NCBI GenBank assembly: GCA_031835245.2 | Contig: JAVKOQ020000003.1 | Span: forward strand, 124,001-188,000 | Direction: 5' to 3' | From: Balamuthia mandrillaris | Lineage: Eukaryota | DNA: 64,000 bases | Shown here: in pieces, positions 51,211 to 64,000 of the stretch | How the letters are laid out: each line of letters begins with the position of its first letter | How positions within the stretch are numbered: position 1 is the first letter of the stretch | Notes under the pieces: generated by a model | Database searches by the model: none | What the model saw: only the letters and a program-made list of their open reading frames with translations | What the model was told of the DNA's origin: nothing | Program-made: the position numbers and the translations under genes

Positions 51211-53943
51211 ATGGAAGGAGCAAGAGGGAACCCGGTGGTGCTTGTGATGGAGGTGGAGGAGCGGACCGATGGTTCTGGTTACATCAAGTGCGTAACTTGC
51301 TATGGTTTTTTAAACAAAAAGAAAATTACTGCCGAGGAGAAGGTGTTTTTTTTTTGGGCTGATGTAAAAAACTTCAAAAAAAAAATAGGGTTTCTTTGTG
51401 GGATGGTAAAGGTATGATCAACGGCATGGTGCCGCGCAAGTTGAGCGAAAAGATTGGCGGCGTTCAGGCCTTGCCTAAAGGAACCAAAGTGGAGTTGCTG
51501 AAACACGGGATGACGCATAAAGAGTACCGTTTCTACTTCTGTTCTCCACCTCCTTCCGTTACTCTCTTTCTCTCTCTCTGTGTTGTCATTTCGAAGGTAT
51601 AAAACCAAACTCACCAAAATGTGTTCTAGTATTTGTATTATCGTTGATCTTAAGATCGTCCCTGCCACTACTCCTTTGGCACCTTTGCCTGCAACCTCTT
51701 CCGCTACTTCTTCGCCGCCAGTTACTTCTTCTGCTGTTGCGTCATCCAGCTCCACTGCGTCTGAAGCCCTCAGGGTTCAACCAACCGCCTCTTCTAGTTC
51801 TCTATCAGGAAGACCTGTGCCTCAACTCATCCCTCAGCAACAGCAACAGCAACAGCAACACCAACTGCCTCTTCTTTCTCAACGACAACCTTCCTCTCCC
51901 CTTTCTTCTCACACGGAGAAGCCCATTCAGTTGACCACGGGCATTATTCAAGCGTTTCACAGCTCTGATTCCTGGCGACAACCTACACTCCAAGTTGTGA
52001 GTGTGTCGAAGCCTAGTCCTGGTCAATGCCGGTTCGTTTTGCATGTTTCAATTGTTGTGGCGTTTTTGTGTGTTTTGTAATTCATGTCTCACACCCATAT
52101 CGGCAGCTTGCTGGTGACGGATGGAGTTCATCAAACTTGGGCGCTTCTGGCTGCCTCAGTGATACATATGGCGGATGCGCTGGTCCCCACTTCTGTCATT
52201 CAAGTCCAAGACGTCACATCAGTAGCCAACGGTAGCGACAAGTACGTCTTTGTTTCATCATCCACCTTGTCTCCTTGGTCTTATTCCTATTAAGCTTCTT
52301 TCTATTGTATACTGTGCATTTCTCTTCAAACAGGTTAATGATCATTTTGGCGATGCAAATCCTCGCTAAACAAGGCACCCTCGCTGTGGCATCTCCCGTC
52401 AGGTCACCAACACAGTCTGCTTCCAGCATGAACGCTGCACTGCCTCGTTCCTTTGAGGCTTTATCTTTACACTCTAAACCATCTGCTCCACTCTCCACTC
52501 CTGTCGGCAATAACCTCTATCCTGTCCTCACCGGTGAAGAACTTAAATCGAATGGCCCTTCTTTCAAGAATCCTGCCACAACATCACCATCACTTGCGTC
52601 AAGCAGTGGCGTGCTTCTTGTCAAAGATCTCAACCCTTTGTTAACCAAGTGGACATTTCGAGGCGAAGTGCTCAGCAAATCGCCGGTAAGAACCTACGCC
52701 AATGCACAACGGAGCGGCAAGCTGTTCTCCATGATTCTTGCGGACAGTCAACAGGAAAAGATAGAGACTGTTTGCTTCAACGACGAAGTAGACAAGTGGT
52801 TCTCTGTCATTGACGTTGGGAAGGTACACAATAACTCAAAATGTCTAACGTTGCTATCCTGCACTAACTTTTTCTCTTCTCCGTTCTCTTCTTTTTACTT
52901 TGCTCCCTGCTCTCCTATCTTTGCTCAATTCTATTGTTGAATAGACATATACCATTTCTGGAGGAGTGATAAAGCCAGCCAATCCAAAGTTTTGCAAAAC
53001 TAAGCTACAAATCGTGCTGGACGCTAGATCTACAGTTCAAGGAGAACAGGATGCAAGAGAACACTTTGCAACGAATAGCAGCAGCAATTCATCTACCACT
53101 TCTTCTCCGTTTAATCCGGTTCCTCTTATCGACATTCTTTCTAAAATTGTACGTTTTCTCGCTTTATTGCTTCTCTTTTTGTCTTTTGTAAAGTTTTTCT
53201 GATATATTTAACATGCAAAAAAAAATGACTCTAAAAGGATGCGGATGAGTATGTGAATTGCGCAGGTGTCATCGTTCACGCGAGCGATTTGCAATCGTTG
53301 AAAACCAAGGCGGGCAAAGCGCTGAAGCGAGAGGTGGTATTGACGGATCAATCCAACTCGTTTATCACCGTTACTCTTTGGGGTAAACTTCATTTTGTTT
53401 TTGTTACATTTGTTTGCGCCATTTCGCTGAGATGTCTGTTGGCAAAAAAGGTGAGAAGGCAAAATCGTCTGCGTTACAAGTGGGAGATATATTTTACGCA
53501 CAGGCAGTGCGTGTTACCTCTTTTCAAGGTATTTTGCTTTCTGCTTTCGTTTTGTCGATCTCGTACCTGTTTTGTTATTATTTTTTCATTCCCTCTTGTC
53601 CTCTTCTCTTCTTTCCGTTTTCTTTTTTTTTTCCAATGAATGTCCATTTTGCTAACAAATTCAAAACAGGAAAAGGTCTTTCTTCTGCTGCTTGTACTGT
53701 ACTCCTCCCCGAAACGATGTCATCCTGTCCTTACGTACTTAGCCTCAAGCAATGGTATCTTCTCTTCTCTCTTTCTTCTCTCTTTATTTCTTTATTTATT
53801 TTATTTATTTTTTATTTATTTTTTATTTTTTTAAATCTAAAGTTTTTTACGTCAACTTGTGCACAGGGCGGAGCAGCAAGTACGAGGGGTCAGCTCATAA
53901 AGAAAATCAGCAGAAGGGCCAACGAAATTCGACTTGGAAGTAG
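51211..53943 (+). CDS. RPA1/RPA70-like OB-fold protein with two N-terminal RPA70N-like folds, DBD-A and DBD-B, lacking DBD-C
   Basis: QLTTGII...PTLQVV...LLVTDG; VKDLNPLLTKWTFRGEVLSKSPVRTY..GKLFSMILAD..IETVCFN; VIKPANPKF; KREVVLTDQS...VTLWG; no zinc-finger domain before the stop. Confidence 0.8.
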
Positions 53944-54115
53944 GCGAAAATACACTGGAACGACTATGGTCGCACACGAAGGAGGAACAGACAGCCAACT
54001 TTTGTTGAACAATCTCTCCCTCCTCTCCTCTCCTTTCGTTGTTGTTTTTTTTTATTCTTTTTAACTTTGTAAAGAACAGAGACAGAGATTTTTCTGAAAC
54101 ATAACGCCCCCCCCT

Positions 54116-55556
54116 ATGATGGAAACTGTGGGTCAAAACACTCCTTCTTCTAGGCAAGCCATTGAGAAGGCTTTGAGCTCCTTCAGAGCCAATAGCCCCA
54201 TCTTTCCGGACAGCTTCCACCATGTTGTCTACGTCAAGTGGAACGCCACCATTCCAGAGGTCATGAAGGTGCTCAAGAACAACGGCCTCACCAGCGTGCC
54301 CATCGTCCATGACGACTTCACCCTTGTGGGAGTGGTCAGCGTGCTGGACCTGTTGATGCATTTTTATTCGGTCTTCACCGTGGAAGAGTTGGAGAGGGAG
54401 GACTTTGTGTCCATTTGGTCAAAGAAGAAGGCGCTTGAGTCAAGAAACATAAGCGACATCGCAGGTATACTTATTTCCTTTCCTCGTTTTTCTTCTTATT
54501 TTCTTCCTCTGTGTTTTTGTCCTTCATATGTCTCTCAAAAAACAAAAAACAGGACTCGGTACAAAAGATCCGTTAGTTACGACAACCACCGACTCGACGA
54601 TATGGGACGTGCTGTTGAAGATGGTCTCCGAGAGAGCGCATCGAGTGGTGGTCTACGACCCTGCCAACGATAATAGGCTCTGCAACGTGATCACGCAGTC
54701 TCGCGTGCTCAAACTCATCTCTTGCATGATGGACGCGATTCCCAAAGCCAAGCAAACCCTTCGCCAGCTGAACCTTGGCTTCAAGAAGGTCTATACCATC
54801 TCTGAGGATGAGAAGACCTATAAAGCCTTTCAACAAATGCATGAGAAGGTAAGTAAAGGGAAGGACCTGGTGATCGTGAAGGGAAAAAAAAAGAGAAGGC
54901 AAATGCCAACTAACCTTGAAAAACACAGAAAATCAGTGGGCTGGCTGTTGTGGATAATGAAGGTTTCCTTGTAGGCAACGTCAGCGCGAGCGACATCAAT
55001 GTACGCTTCACTACCCTCTTTTTTTTTTGATGTATTATATGAATTCATCATGGTGGTGTGAATTGCAGAAGCTCGATTGGAGCAAAGACGACTTTGGCAA
55101 GGAAATGGGAAAGCCTCTGTCCAAGTTTATCAAACAGATGCCACTCATCGATGCTAGCGAATCGGTAAGTAGAGAGCCTTTCTTCTTGATTGTCCTTCAA
55201 ATGGTTTAAATAATTACTAAACCATTTGAAATACTTCTTCATCACCATGAACAGTCCTTGATAGGCGCAACAACCGATGTAAGTGATTCTATGTGGTTCC
55301 ATTCTTCTATCTTTCTCCATGAATAGTAACTTTCTCCTTTTCTCGTTTCTTATTTCTTTTCTTCTTTCATTCATAGGCCCACTCGAGAGGGTTTGCTATA
55401 ACGTGCAACCCTGACCACACCCTCCACCACGTCATCAACATGTTGGTCTTCTATCGCATCCACCACATCTTCATCACCCAAAACCAAAACAGGCGCATCC
55501 AGTTGCTTGGTCATCTCTCCCTCGTGGACGTGCTCGACGCTCTTATCCAGGAGTAA
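54116..55556 (+). CDS. CBS-domain protein (AMPK-gamma/Sds23-like, four CBS)
   Basis: LTSVPIV...VGVVSVLDL, AHRVVV..NVITQSRVL, ISGLAVVD..LVGNVSASD, RIHHIFI..LGHLSLVDVL. Confidence 0.85.
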
Positions 55557-55819
55557 GCACATTTACTCTTTTACAGAAAGATTAAAACAAAGTTATGTAA
55601 AGAAATATGGACAACGGCTGCCCTCCCCCAAAGAACAATTCATGGGATGACATCAGCACAAAGGGTGAGGTTTGCCAGCAAAAATCTGACGTCATTACGG
55701 TAGGGAGGCAAATGGGCAGGGTAGTCGACACAAATAGGTCGAGAGACTTCAAAGAAAGAAACTCATCACATCTTTTGGGGTTGAGATTGAACTCGCCCAA
55801 CCAACGATTTAAACGAAAG

Positions 55820-57432
55820 ATGGGCCTAACGGGCTGTTCCGACGAGCTCTCACCGGGCGAGTACTCTGCTCTGTGGGGCTCCGTCCTCGTCTCCGCCAGC
55901 CTCTCGCTCTGGGGGGCCTCCTTCATGCTGCTGAGCTACCTCCAGATCAGCTCCGGGCGCAGCGTCCTCTCCAAGCTGGTGGCCCTCCTCGCCCTGACCG
56001 ACCTCCTCTGGAGCTTCACCACCATGGCCACCAGCCTCAGCAAGCTCCTCACCCACCACCACGCCGACGACCTCCCCTGGAGCCTCTGCGTCATCTTTCG
56101 CTTCTTCTTCCAGTTCTTTGCTGGGGCCTCCATCCTGTGGACCTCCTCCATCGCCGTCTTCATCTACCTGGTGATCTGCAGGGATCGGTTCTTTGCCAGA
56201 GGGGGCGGCAGCCACACGCGCATGTGGCTGCTCTTCCATGGGCTCTGCTGGGGCCTGCCCTTCGTGAGCCTGCTACCCATGATCGTGGACGGGGAGCACG
56301 TCCTGGTGAGGAGGGAGTACGTGGGGCTCTGCTTCCCGGCCAAGGTCTACCACAGGGCCTTTTGGCTGTACCCCATTTTCTTTATCTTCCTTGGCAATGC
56401 CGTGCTCTACTTTCTCATCTTGTGGCGGTACGTACTGTGGTTACTTCTCGTTCTCTTTCTTTTCTTTCCTCATCTCTCGTCTCGTCTCTATCTTCTCTTC
56501 TTTCTTTTTTCTTCTCTTTCTCTCTCTTTGCATCCTATCGTAGCTTCTCATCTTCCTCTCTTATCGCTTTTTGTTTGTTGCAACATTACCTGTACCCCAT
56601 CCTTAGGATTCGAAAGGAACGTAAGAACGCCATGCTGCCAAGCACGCCAGCCAAGGAGGCTGCCTTCACTTTCACTCTCTACTTGCTGGTGTTCTTCTTC
56701 TCTTGGGCCTTTGATGTGTTTGAGACTTCCTTTCGATGGGCGCTCCCTGATTGTAATCTATTTTTCTTGGTCCTTACCTATCGCGCCTTCAACAACCTTC
56801 AAGGCTTTTTCGACTGTCTAGTTTATGGTAGGCTCAAAGCGTTTTCTTGTTCTTCTTCTTGCTTCTTCTTCTTCTTCGTCTTCATCTTTGTCTTCTTCTT
56901 CTTCTTTTTCTTCTTCATTCTTCTTCATTCTTCTTCTTCTTGTTCTTCTTCTTCTTCTTCTTCTTCTTCTTCTTCTTCTTCTTCTTCTTCTTCTTCTTCT
57001 TCTTCTTCTTCTTCTTCAATAAATTAACTTCTCTCTCCCTCTTTCCCTCTTTCAATAACAGGGCTCTCTAACAAGAAAGTCAGAAGCCAGTTTTTCGGTG
57101 GCGGCTACAAACGAGGCATCCAAACTGCCACCATCTTCTTTTTCGCCCCTCTCCTCCTCCTCCCCGTTCTGCTCTCCAGCTTTTTCTCTTTGCTTCTCTC
57201 CGCCTGCCGCAAGCAACGACGAAGCAGAGATCCTCTATTGCGGATAAGTCACCCTCCAAGTATTGTTCACGATTACTATTCCGACGGCGAGGACGCAGGG
57301 ACCAGAGAGGTCGTGGTGGCGCAGCACAGCAGCTATAACAGCCTCACAACACTGTACCAGAGCGCAACCCATCTTATAACGCCACCATCTCTGCCTGCGG
57401 CGTCTTCTGACGAAACGACATCCTTTGACTGA
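55820..57432 (+). CDS. 7-TM GPCR, Dictyostelium cAMP-receptor-like (Crl/GCR1/GPR157 clade)
   Basis: SASLSLWGASFMLLSY, LALTDLL, CVIFRFFFQFFAGASILWTSSIA, FHGLCWGLP, LYLLVFFFSW, NLQGFFDCLVYG. Confidence 0.85.
56858..57017. repeat. Intronic (CTT)n microsatellite
   Basis: Directly visible in a GPCR intron. Confidence 0.9.
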
Positions 57433-57674
57433 AATTAGTCGGTTCGTTTTCTTTTCTCTTTCTTTCCATCTGCTTTATCTTTGTTTTGTTTGTCGACCTT
57501 TTGGTGTAAAAAATGCTTTGGTGTTTCTTAGCAACTATAGTTTAATATATCTTGGATTAATTAATGGATCATTTTACGATAACTGAGCGCTGTTATCTCC
57601 ACTATTGCATCTCTCTGGGCAACACGTAAAAGAAAGAACCTTCTTTTTTTGTTGCAGAAGAACGAAAAGCAGAA

Positions 57675-59095
57675 ATGGGGAACAATACCTCTGGCGTGCT
57701 GAAGAGAAAGAAAGATGTTCAGGACGACGCCAAACAGGACGGAATATGGGAGGACCACTCTTGCGTTGAGGCTTTGCTTCATTACATGGAGCTGAACAGC
57801 GGGCCGGTTAATAGCAATAACGGACCGGAGAAAGGTAACACCGCACACAACGCGAAATCTGTTTTTCCTAAACGCTTTCGCTAACAACCGGGTATTGTTT
57901 TTTCGTTTCACATACAGAGGAAAAGAAAGGAAGGAAGACGAGAGCATACACACACACAGGCAGCACACCTCATTTTTATTCCGTCAAACTTTCAAACGAA
58001 CTCAAACCTTACCTCGGTTTGTTTTTTTTTTTCTTTCCTGTGAACTCTTTGGAGCTTATTTTTTATTTTACAGAGGCGTTAAGTACTCTGTTGCTGAAGT
58101 TTGCAAACGAAGAGAACGAAACAAAACTCAATGAAAGAGAGTTGCTGTATAAGTGCGTTTGCGTACTCGCTTGTATTTCTTCCGAAGGTAAAAAAAAAGT
58201 TCTTTCCTGTTATTCCTTTAGTAGTGTCTTCTCCACATTCTGGCTCTCTTCTTTCTGTCTTTCCTTCTCTTCGCCGCTTCGTTCGTAGTTACAATTCAAA
58301 GCCTTTTTTTTCTTCAAGACAAAGCGGTGGACATGATGCTCGAACAGAACACCAACAAACCTATTTTCAAGTTGCTTAAAGGAGAGCTTGTCAATTCTCA
58401 CGCCCTCCTCAAGCTCTTTTTCACATTGGGCAATATTTTTCAAAGAGGTATTGTTACTGCTCGCTTTATTTTTCTTCTCTTTCCTTCTCCTCCTCCTCTT
58501 TTTGGTTTTCTTCCATTCGCTTCTTTTATTCTTACAGCAGCATACAAAGTATTGGATACCACACCTCCTCGTCGTCGCTCTGGTCCTGAATTCAAACGTC
58601 ACCTTCAACGCATCATTCCACCAGAACATCTCGACCTTCTTTTAGAACATTTGGAAGAACACGTTCGAGTCTATTCAACTACTCTCAAGAAGATGAAACT
58701 ATTTCGCCATGGCTCAAGTAAAAACCACTCCTCCTCTACCAGCAGCCTCGAAGTACGTTCTGAACTTAGACAGAGAAGATTGTTTGAGTTAACGGGAGCT
58801 TCCATCGAAGATCTTCCACAAAACTATTTTCTTTCCAAAAGCGCTCAACATAGCACACATGCAAATGGCAAAGAAGTAGAAGAAGGAGAAGAAGAGAATG
58901 AAGAGAATTTGAAGAAAAAGACAAAGAGGAAAAAGAAGAAAGTTTTGAAAGCAACATCTTCTACCAAAATCTCTATCGGCAAAAAGAAGAAAGAGAAAAG
59001 TAAAGAGAAAGAAAGTGGTGAGCTTGATGAGACAGAGGATTTGCTGGATTCGACTAATTCTCCTGTCATTTGCATTGAAAAGTCGTATAATGTAC

Positions 59096-59141
<46 letters not shown>

Positions 59142-61266
59142 ATTCTTCCTTTAACATTTCTTAAACGAACTAATAGGAAGGAGCCGAAACAGTGATAAGA
59201 TGGCTTATAACTGAAGGTCTTCGAGTTCTAGCTTTGGTCAGCGAGTTACATGGTGGCGTCCTCACGAAGACTGCGAAAACGGAACAACGGATTCTCGCTT
59301 TGTGCATAAGACTAATCAACATTCGATCTTTGCAACCTATCATCTTTCGATGTTTGGCCTCTTTCCGATACAATGGTTCTCTTTCCTTATTACTTTTTTG
59401 AATTCTCTCTTCTCTGCCTTCCCTCTTCTCCAATTTCGCTTCCTCTGAATGTCATTGTTCTTGTGACATATTTCAGACCCGCTTTGTGCAGTGTTGATAA
59501 AGGAGGAAAGTTTAATGTTTGGAACAATGGAACTCATCAAGCAAAACGAGCCCGAAGTGGAAATGCAATACCCTCTTACATGCATCATCTATTTTCTAAA
59601 GTCAGAAAATGGTATGTTTATGCTCTCTCTCTTTGTGTGGAAGCAGGTGGATGACGTTCCAACACTTGTAGGAAAATATATGGAAGATGCTCTCCAAAGT
59701 AACATCTTGGAGATTCTGTTCAACATTGTAGAACAAGATTGCGCACCTCCTGTACGGCTGCGTGCATTGGAAGCCATCGGTCACATACTTCAAAGATGTA
59801 AGTTTGGGATTATTTTCTTCTCTTTCTCTATTATCCTTTTCCTTTCATTCTTTTTTTACCTTTCCTTTATTTAAAAAAACTATCTCCATGTTGTTTCTCG
59901 CCGCCATATGTTGCATTACATAGCACCGGAACACAAAGAACTCATTCTAAAACGTCCAAACATGTTTCAGCTTCTCATCAAAGCTGCTGGAGAGGGAGAA
60001 GTCATCCTTCATCATGTCACTGACATTCAAAGTCTTTCTTTGGTATTTCTTTCTTTCTGTTCGTTTGTTTCTTTCGTATTCTTTAAAAAACGTATTTACT
60101 CATCATTCAAAAACTTCAAAAAAAAAAACAGCAACCAGAGCACATTTTCGCAAACGGAGCAGACGGAGATGTCTATCGATCAACATGGAACGAGATGGAA
60201 GTGGCCGTCAAGTTGTTCAAGCATCAGGACCAAACCCCAGAAGAATTGCTCTACTTCCGGAGAGAAATATCAATCATGAGGTTTCTTCTTTTCCTTCGTT
60301 TTCCTTCTCGTTTTGTTCTCCTTTCTTCTGTCTTCTGTATTCTTTCTGGTTTCTTCCTTGGATATAAAATGCTCATAATCCTACCAGTGTTTTGCAGCAT
60401 CCAAACCTAGTCACGGTGATCGGAGCAAGTACAGAGAGTCCCTATTTCGGGTTCATCACCCCTTATTATCACGACGGCAATCTTCACGCTCTTATTCATG
60501 GTGATAAAGAGCATAAACCGGTCTCGCTCGACTTCAAACAGAAAGTTAAGTTGGCGATTGGATTCGCTGAAGGGATGGAGTATCTTCATTCCTTCAACGT
60601 TATCCATAGAGACCTGAAACCAGCCAACGTTTTGGTATTTGCTTTTCTTTCTTTTTTTTTTATTCCGCCTTTGCTTTCTTGTTTATCTGAAATATTACGA
60701 ACTTGTGCATCAGGTCTCCAAAACATCAGATGGTGAGAAGTCCCTTTCTGTGTGCGATTTCGGATTGGCTCGCGTTGTTGAACAGAGCATGACAAAAGCC
60801 ACTATTGGCACACCTGGTACCATCTTTCTTCCATTTTTTCGCTCTGCTTCTCTCGTTTTTCTTCTCTATTCTTTTCTTCTCGTTTTCTCGTCGTTCTCGT
60901 TCTCTGCTTCTCTGCTCTCTCTTCTTCTCTTTTCTGCACCTCCTATTCTGAACAACAACAAAACGACGAACAGCCTACATAGCACCTGAGATCTACACAG
61001 ACCGAAAGTACGGCTTTGCGTCAGATGTCTTTGCCTTTGCCATTATCTTGTGGGAAATGCTCTACGAGCAAACCCCTTTCGACGGCTGCACGTCGTGGCA
61101 CCTGAGCAGCGCCGTTTTGAGGGGAGAACGGCCACAAACCACCTCCGATGTGACCCCCGAAGCCATCAACGATCTCCTCTCTGAGTGTTGGGCTCCCGAT
61201 CCTTCTCTTCGACTCAGCTTCACTCAGATCGTTCAACGTTTGAGACAGATTGTTGAATTGCAGTGA
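57675..61266 (+). CDS. TKL-group protein kinase with N-myristoylation signal and ARM/HEAT-like helical region
   Basis: MGNNTS; kinase ANGADGDVY, VAVKLF, FRREISIM, HPNLV, IHRDLKPANVLV, CDFGLAR, IGTPAYIAPE, SDVFAFAIILWEM, CWAPDPSLRLSF; linkage of upstream exons inferred. Confidence 0.8.
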
Positions 61267-61504
61267 CACTCACCCAGTGTTATTTTTTTTATTATTTAAA
61301 ACGCATGTAATTAACAAAGAAGAAAGAAAAGAAAGGAACAAAATAGATTTAAAGTTAAAAATAAAAAAAATATAAAAATAAAAATAAAAAAGCGTTACAT
61401 ATGTGCACAAAAACTGGACATTTGGTGCACAAAAATTTCCATTGAGCACAAAACCTGCAATAATCGTGCAGCATTGGTGTTCCATGCATGAAAATTAAAA
61501 AAAG

Positions 61505-63113
61505 ATGAATGAAGAACGAAGAGGCGGAGAAGGCCACTCGGCGTTGTGGTGGGAGGCAGGGTGGCTGGGCCGGTTGTACATGCGCTTCGTGTCGTTCCTA
61601 CGGGCTTGGTTTTGGCCGTTGTGGAAATGGATTTTGCGGCTGCTCACCCGTCGCTGCGAGGTCGTTCGCATTTTGTCTTCTCGGAACGGATGGACCACAA
61701 AACAGAAAACGATTGCTTTTGGTTTGCTTTATCCTTTCTATTTTTTTTTTGTTCACTAACGGAATGGTGATGAAAAATAGACCTGTCGCTTCAACGTTCA
61801 AAACAACTTCGGGTAACCTTTATTTTTTTTTTTGTTATTTTTGTTATTTTTATACTTTTTTTATACTTTTTTTATTTTTAGAGTATTTTTTTTATTTTTT
61901 TTAACATATTTTAAAAGGAAGTTTATAATTCTCTTTGGGGCAATGAAGAGATGGACACCTCTCGCGTGTATGCTGCCCTTTGTCAATGCAAACGCATCGA
62001 CGCCGATACTGCTGCTCGTTTCAGGTTTTTCTTTCACCTTTTTTCTTTCTTCATTTATTTTCTTTTTTCTTTTTTCTTTTTTTTTATTCTTTTTCCTTTT
62101 TTCTTTTTTTTTCTTTTTTTTACTTTTTTTTTCATTTTCATTTTTTTTCTTTTTCCTTTTTTTTTCTTTTTCTTTTTTTTTTCATTTTCATTTTCTTTAT
62201 TCTTTTTCTTTTTTCTTTTTTGTTTTCTTTTTTTTTTCATTTTCTTTTTCTTTTTCATTATTTTTTCTTTTTTTCGTTTTTCGTTTTTCGTTTTCATTTT
62301 CTTCTTTTCTTTTTTCTTCTTTTTTCTGTTTTTTTTTTTTTCGTGTTATATTGACATAAGAACAAAACGCAAAAAAAAAGTCTTTTACCAGAGTTGGACA
62401 ACTCTCTCGCCTTGTTGGAGCAATTGAGAGCATTGATAGAGGAACTGCTGGGACTGAGCAACCAAAGCTACGACTCCTCCAACGAGGAGCATGAAGCGCT
62501 TCTCGAACGGCTGTGGCAAGGTCTCAAGCCCGGGGTCCATCGCAAGCATGGTAGGAAGAGCCCGGAATGGGGAGAGCTGGGCTTTCAAGGAACGGACCCT
62601 GCCACTGACTTTAGAGGCATGGGCATCCTTGGCCTCACAAACCTTGTGTAAGTATCTCTCTTCTCGCTTTCTTTCTTGTCTTGCCGTTCTCTCTAGCGTT
62701 CTCTCTATTTCTCATTCTTTCTTTTTGATAGATACTTTGCCGAAAACTATCCAGAAAAAGCAAGACTCACGTTAGCAGACTCAGTGAATCCAAACCACGA
62801 GTATCCTCTGGCTATTACCGGCATCAACCTCACCAAAATGCTTTTATCCTTCCTTCACAAAGACCTTACGCGTTCCGTTAGATCTTCCTCTTCCTCCGCG
62901 AAACTTTGCAACACTCTGTTGCATCAACACTTTCTGAGCAAAGGCTGCAGCTTGACAACCTTCAACGAGCTCTACAGCCACGTCCTCTTTACCTTTGGCC
63001 GCGTTTATGTCAGCAAGCGACCGGAGAACATTCTGCAGTTCCCTCGTATCCACGATGAATTCAAAGCAAACCTCGTTTTGAAGCTGGAAAGCGATGGCGT
63101 TCTGCATTTCTGA
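61505..63113 (+). CDS. ELMO-domain protein (ELMOD, Arf/Arl GAP)
   Basis: LLTRRCEVVRI, YDSSNEEHEALLERLW, WGELGFQGTDPATDFRGMGILGLTNL, YPLAITGINLT. Confidence 0.88.
62025..62345. repeat. T-rich low-complexity intron sequence
   Basis: About 320 bp of near-pure T with scattered C/A inside ELMOD. Confidence 0.9.
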
Positions 63114-63193
63114 GATATTGTATGTTTATTTACAATCTTTTTTTCCTTCTTTTCTTGCTTCTTCCTTCTTTCTTGTTCTTGTGCTGCTCTCTA

Positions 63194-64000
63194 TCATCGC
63201 ATGTTGAGCAACAAACAAAGCTCAACTAGTTTTGTACTTTCGAAAAAGTCCAGCATGACAACGTTCATTCGAAACTGATCCGCCCATTCCTCTTCGACCC
63301 ACTGCAGAACCAACGGGCTCACGTTGCTCGCCATCCTCTTCAAACTAGTATTCTTTCCCAGCACGTTGAAGATGCCTTTACATATGAATGAGACATCCGG
63401 GGTTAACACTCCCTGCAACACAAAGAAAGGCAACTCTCCTCCTTCTGCGTTGCTCCTTCTCTTCTCCTCACGCATAACCAGCTGTTGGTGTAGCTTTTGT
63501 TTGAGCTCTGGGAGATGCGTTGTGTTGGGCCAGGGAGAGGAGATGCCACTCCGTGGCCACAACCACCGATGCCGTTGCACAGAGGTTCGGTGATGATAAA
63601 ACACCAACACACGTTTCTCACTCTTCCACAACTCGTTCAACTTTAGTGCTTCTTCTTCTGCTCTATCCCTCTTCCTTCTGGCTGTGGTTGTGTGGCTGAG
63701 CCGAGGAATGAGCAGAGAGCCAAAGGTTTGTTGGATGAGGTCTTCGAGGAGCCGATGGGAGCTCTCGCTCATCGCGTAAAAGTGGTTCAGGTCCAGAAGG
63801 ACGACCTCCTTCTTGTTCTCTCGCAGGAAGCGAAGCACGGAGGAGAGCTCGTCTTGAATGTGGGCGCCGAACAACGCGTGACAGGTGAAGAGCTCTTTGG
63901 GGACAAATGTTCGTGAAGATGGTTTTTCCGTTTCTCCTTCGTCGCCCTCTTCGTCTTCCTCCTCCGCCTCTTTCTCGTCTTCTTCTTTCTTCCGCAAAGT
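63194..64000 (-). CDS. PI-PLC X-domain-containing protein (PLCXD-like), 3' part; continues beyond the window
   Basis: FTCHALFG, FLRENKKEVVLLDLNHFY, SPWPNTT, FFVLQGVLTP, NVVMLDFF. Confidence 0.85.
   Translation of the reverse strand, partial: TLRKKEEDEKEAEEEDEEGDEGETEKPSSRTFVPKELFTCHALFGAHIQDELSSVLRFLRENKKEVVLLDLNHFYAMSESSHRLLEDLIQQTFGSLLIPRLSHTTTARRKRDRAEEEALKLNELWKSEKRVLVFYHHRTSVQRHRWLWPRSGISSPWPNTTHLPELKQKLHQQLVMREEKRRSNAEGGELPFFVLQGVLTPDVSFICKGIFNVLGKNTSLKRMASNVSPLVLQWVEEEWADQFRMNVVMLDFFESTKLVELCLLLNMR

Noticed and set aside
55607..55819. Upstream in-frame ATG extending the GPCR N-terminus
   Set aside because: Only about 50 bp after the CBS gene stop and overlaps promoter-like sequence containing GTCGAC; ATG 55820 fits the family better
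61832..62433. Phe-rich and Lys-rich ORFs resembling membrane proteins
   Set aside because: Artefacts of a T-rich intron in the ELMOD gene

Overview
Gene-dense, intron-rich eukaryotic genomic DNA, very probably from a free-living amoeba (Amoebozoa). The evidence is a Dictyostelium MyoK-like myosin, a cAR-like GPCR, SPINDLY, giant-virus-type 'ENGCPW' ankyrin genes, and short GT-AG introns stuffed with (CT)n/(CTT)n microsatellites; the genus cannot be fixed from sequence alone. About 24 protein-coding genes are present, plus several decayed genes. Recognisable genes: organellar DEAD-box helicase, SPY, VPS32, PRP4 kinase, MyoK-like myosin I, Asp/Glu racemase, YeeE/YedE transporter, ATE1, prefoldin 1, SNAP-25-type SNARE, RPA1-like, CBS protein, GPCR, TKL kinase, ELMOD and PLCXD. 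The most striking object is at 1066-4349: an 8-exon gene encoding a circularly permuted SF2 helicase (Walker A placed after motif VI, as in GREB1-type proteins) fused to an RRP8/NML-like SAM methyltransferase instead of the usual glycosyltransferase. It is a candidate undescribed nucleic-acid modification enzyme. Other unusual items are a CUE-ATE1 fusion, a MOB1-filamin-BTB-BTB protein, a Cys-less YeeE transporter, a Ser/Cys racemase, a CPI-SH3-CaaX adaptor and a recurrent intergenic TAATGTCGACA motif. Exon boundaries were inferred by eye from frame and GT-AG sites, and all family calls come from motif recognition, not database searches. No rRNA, tRNA, CRISPR or intact transposon was recognised.
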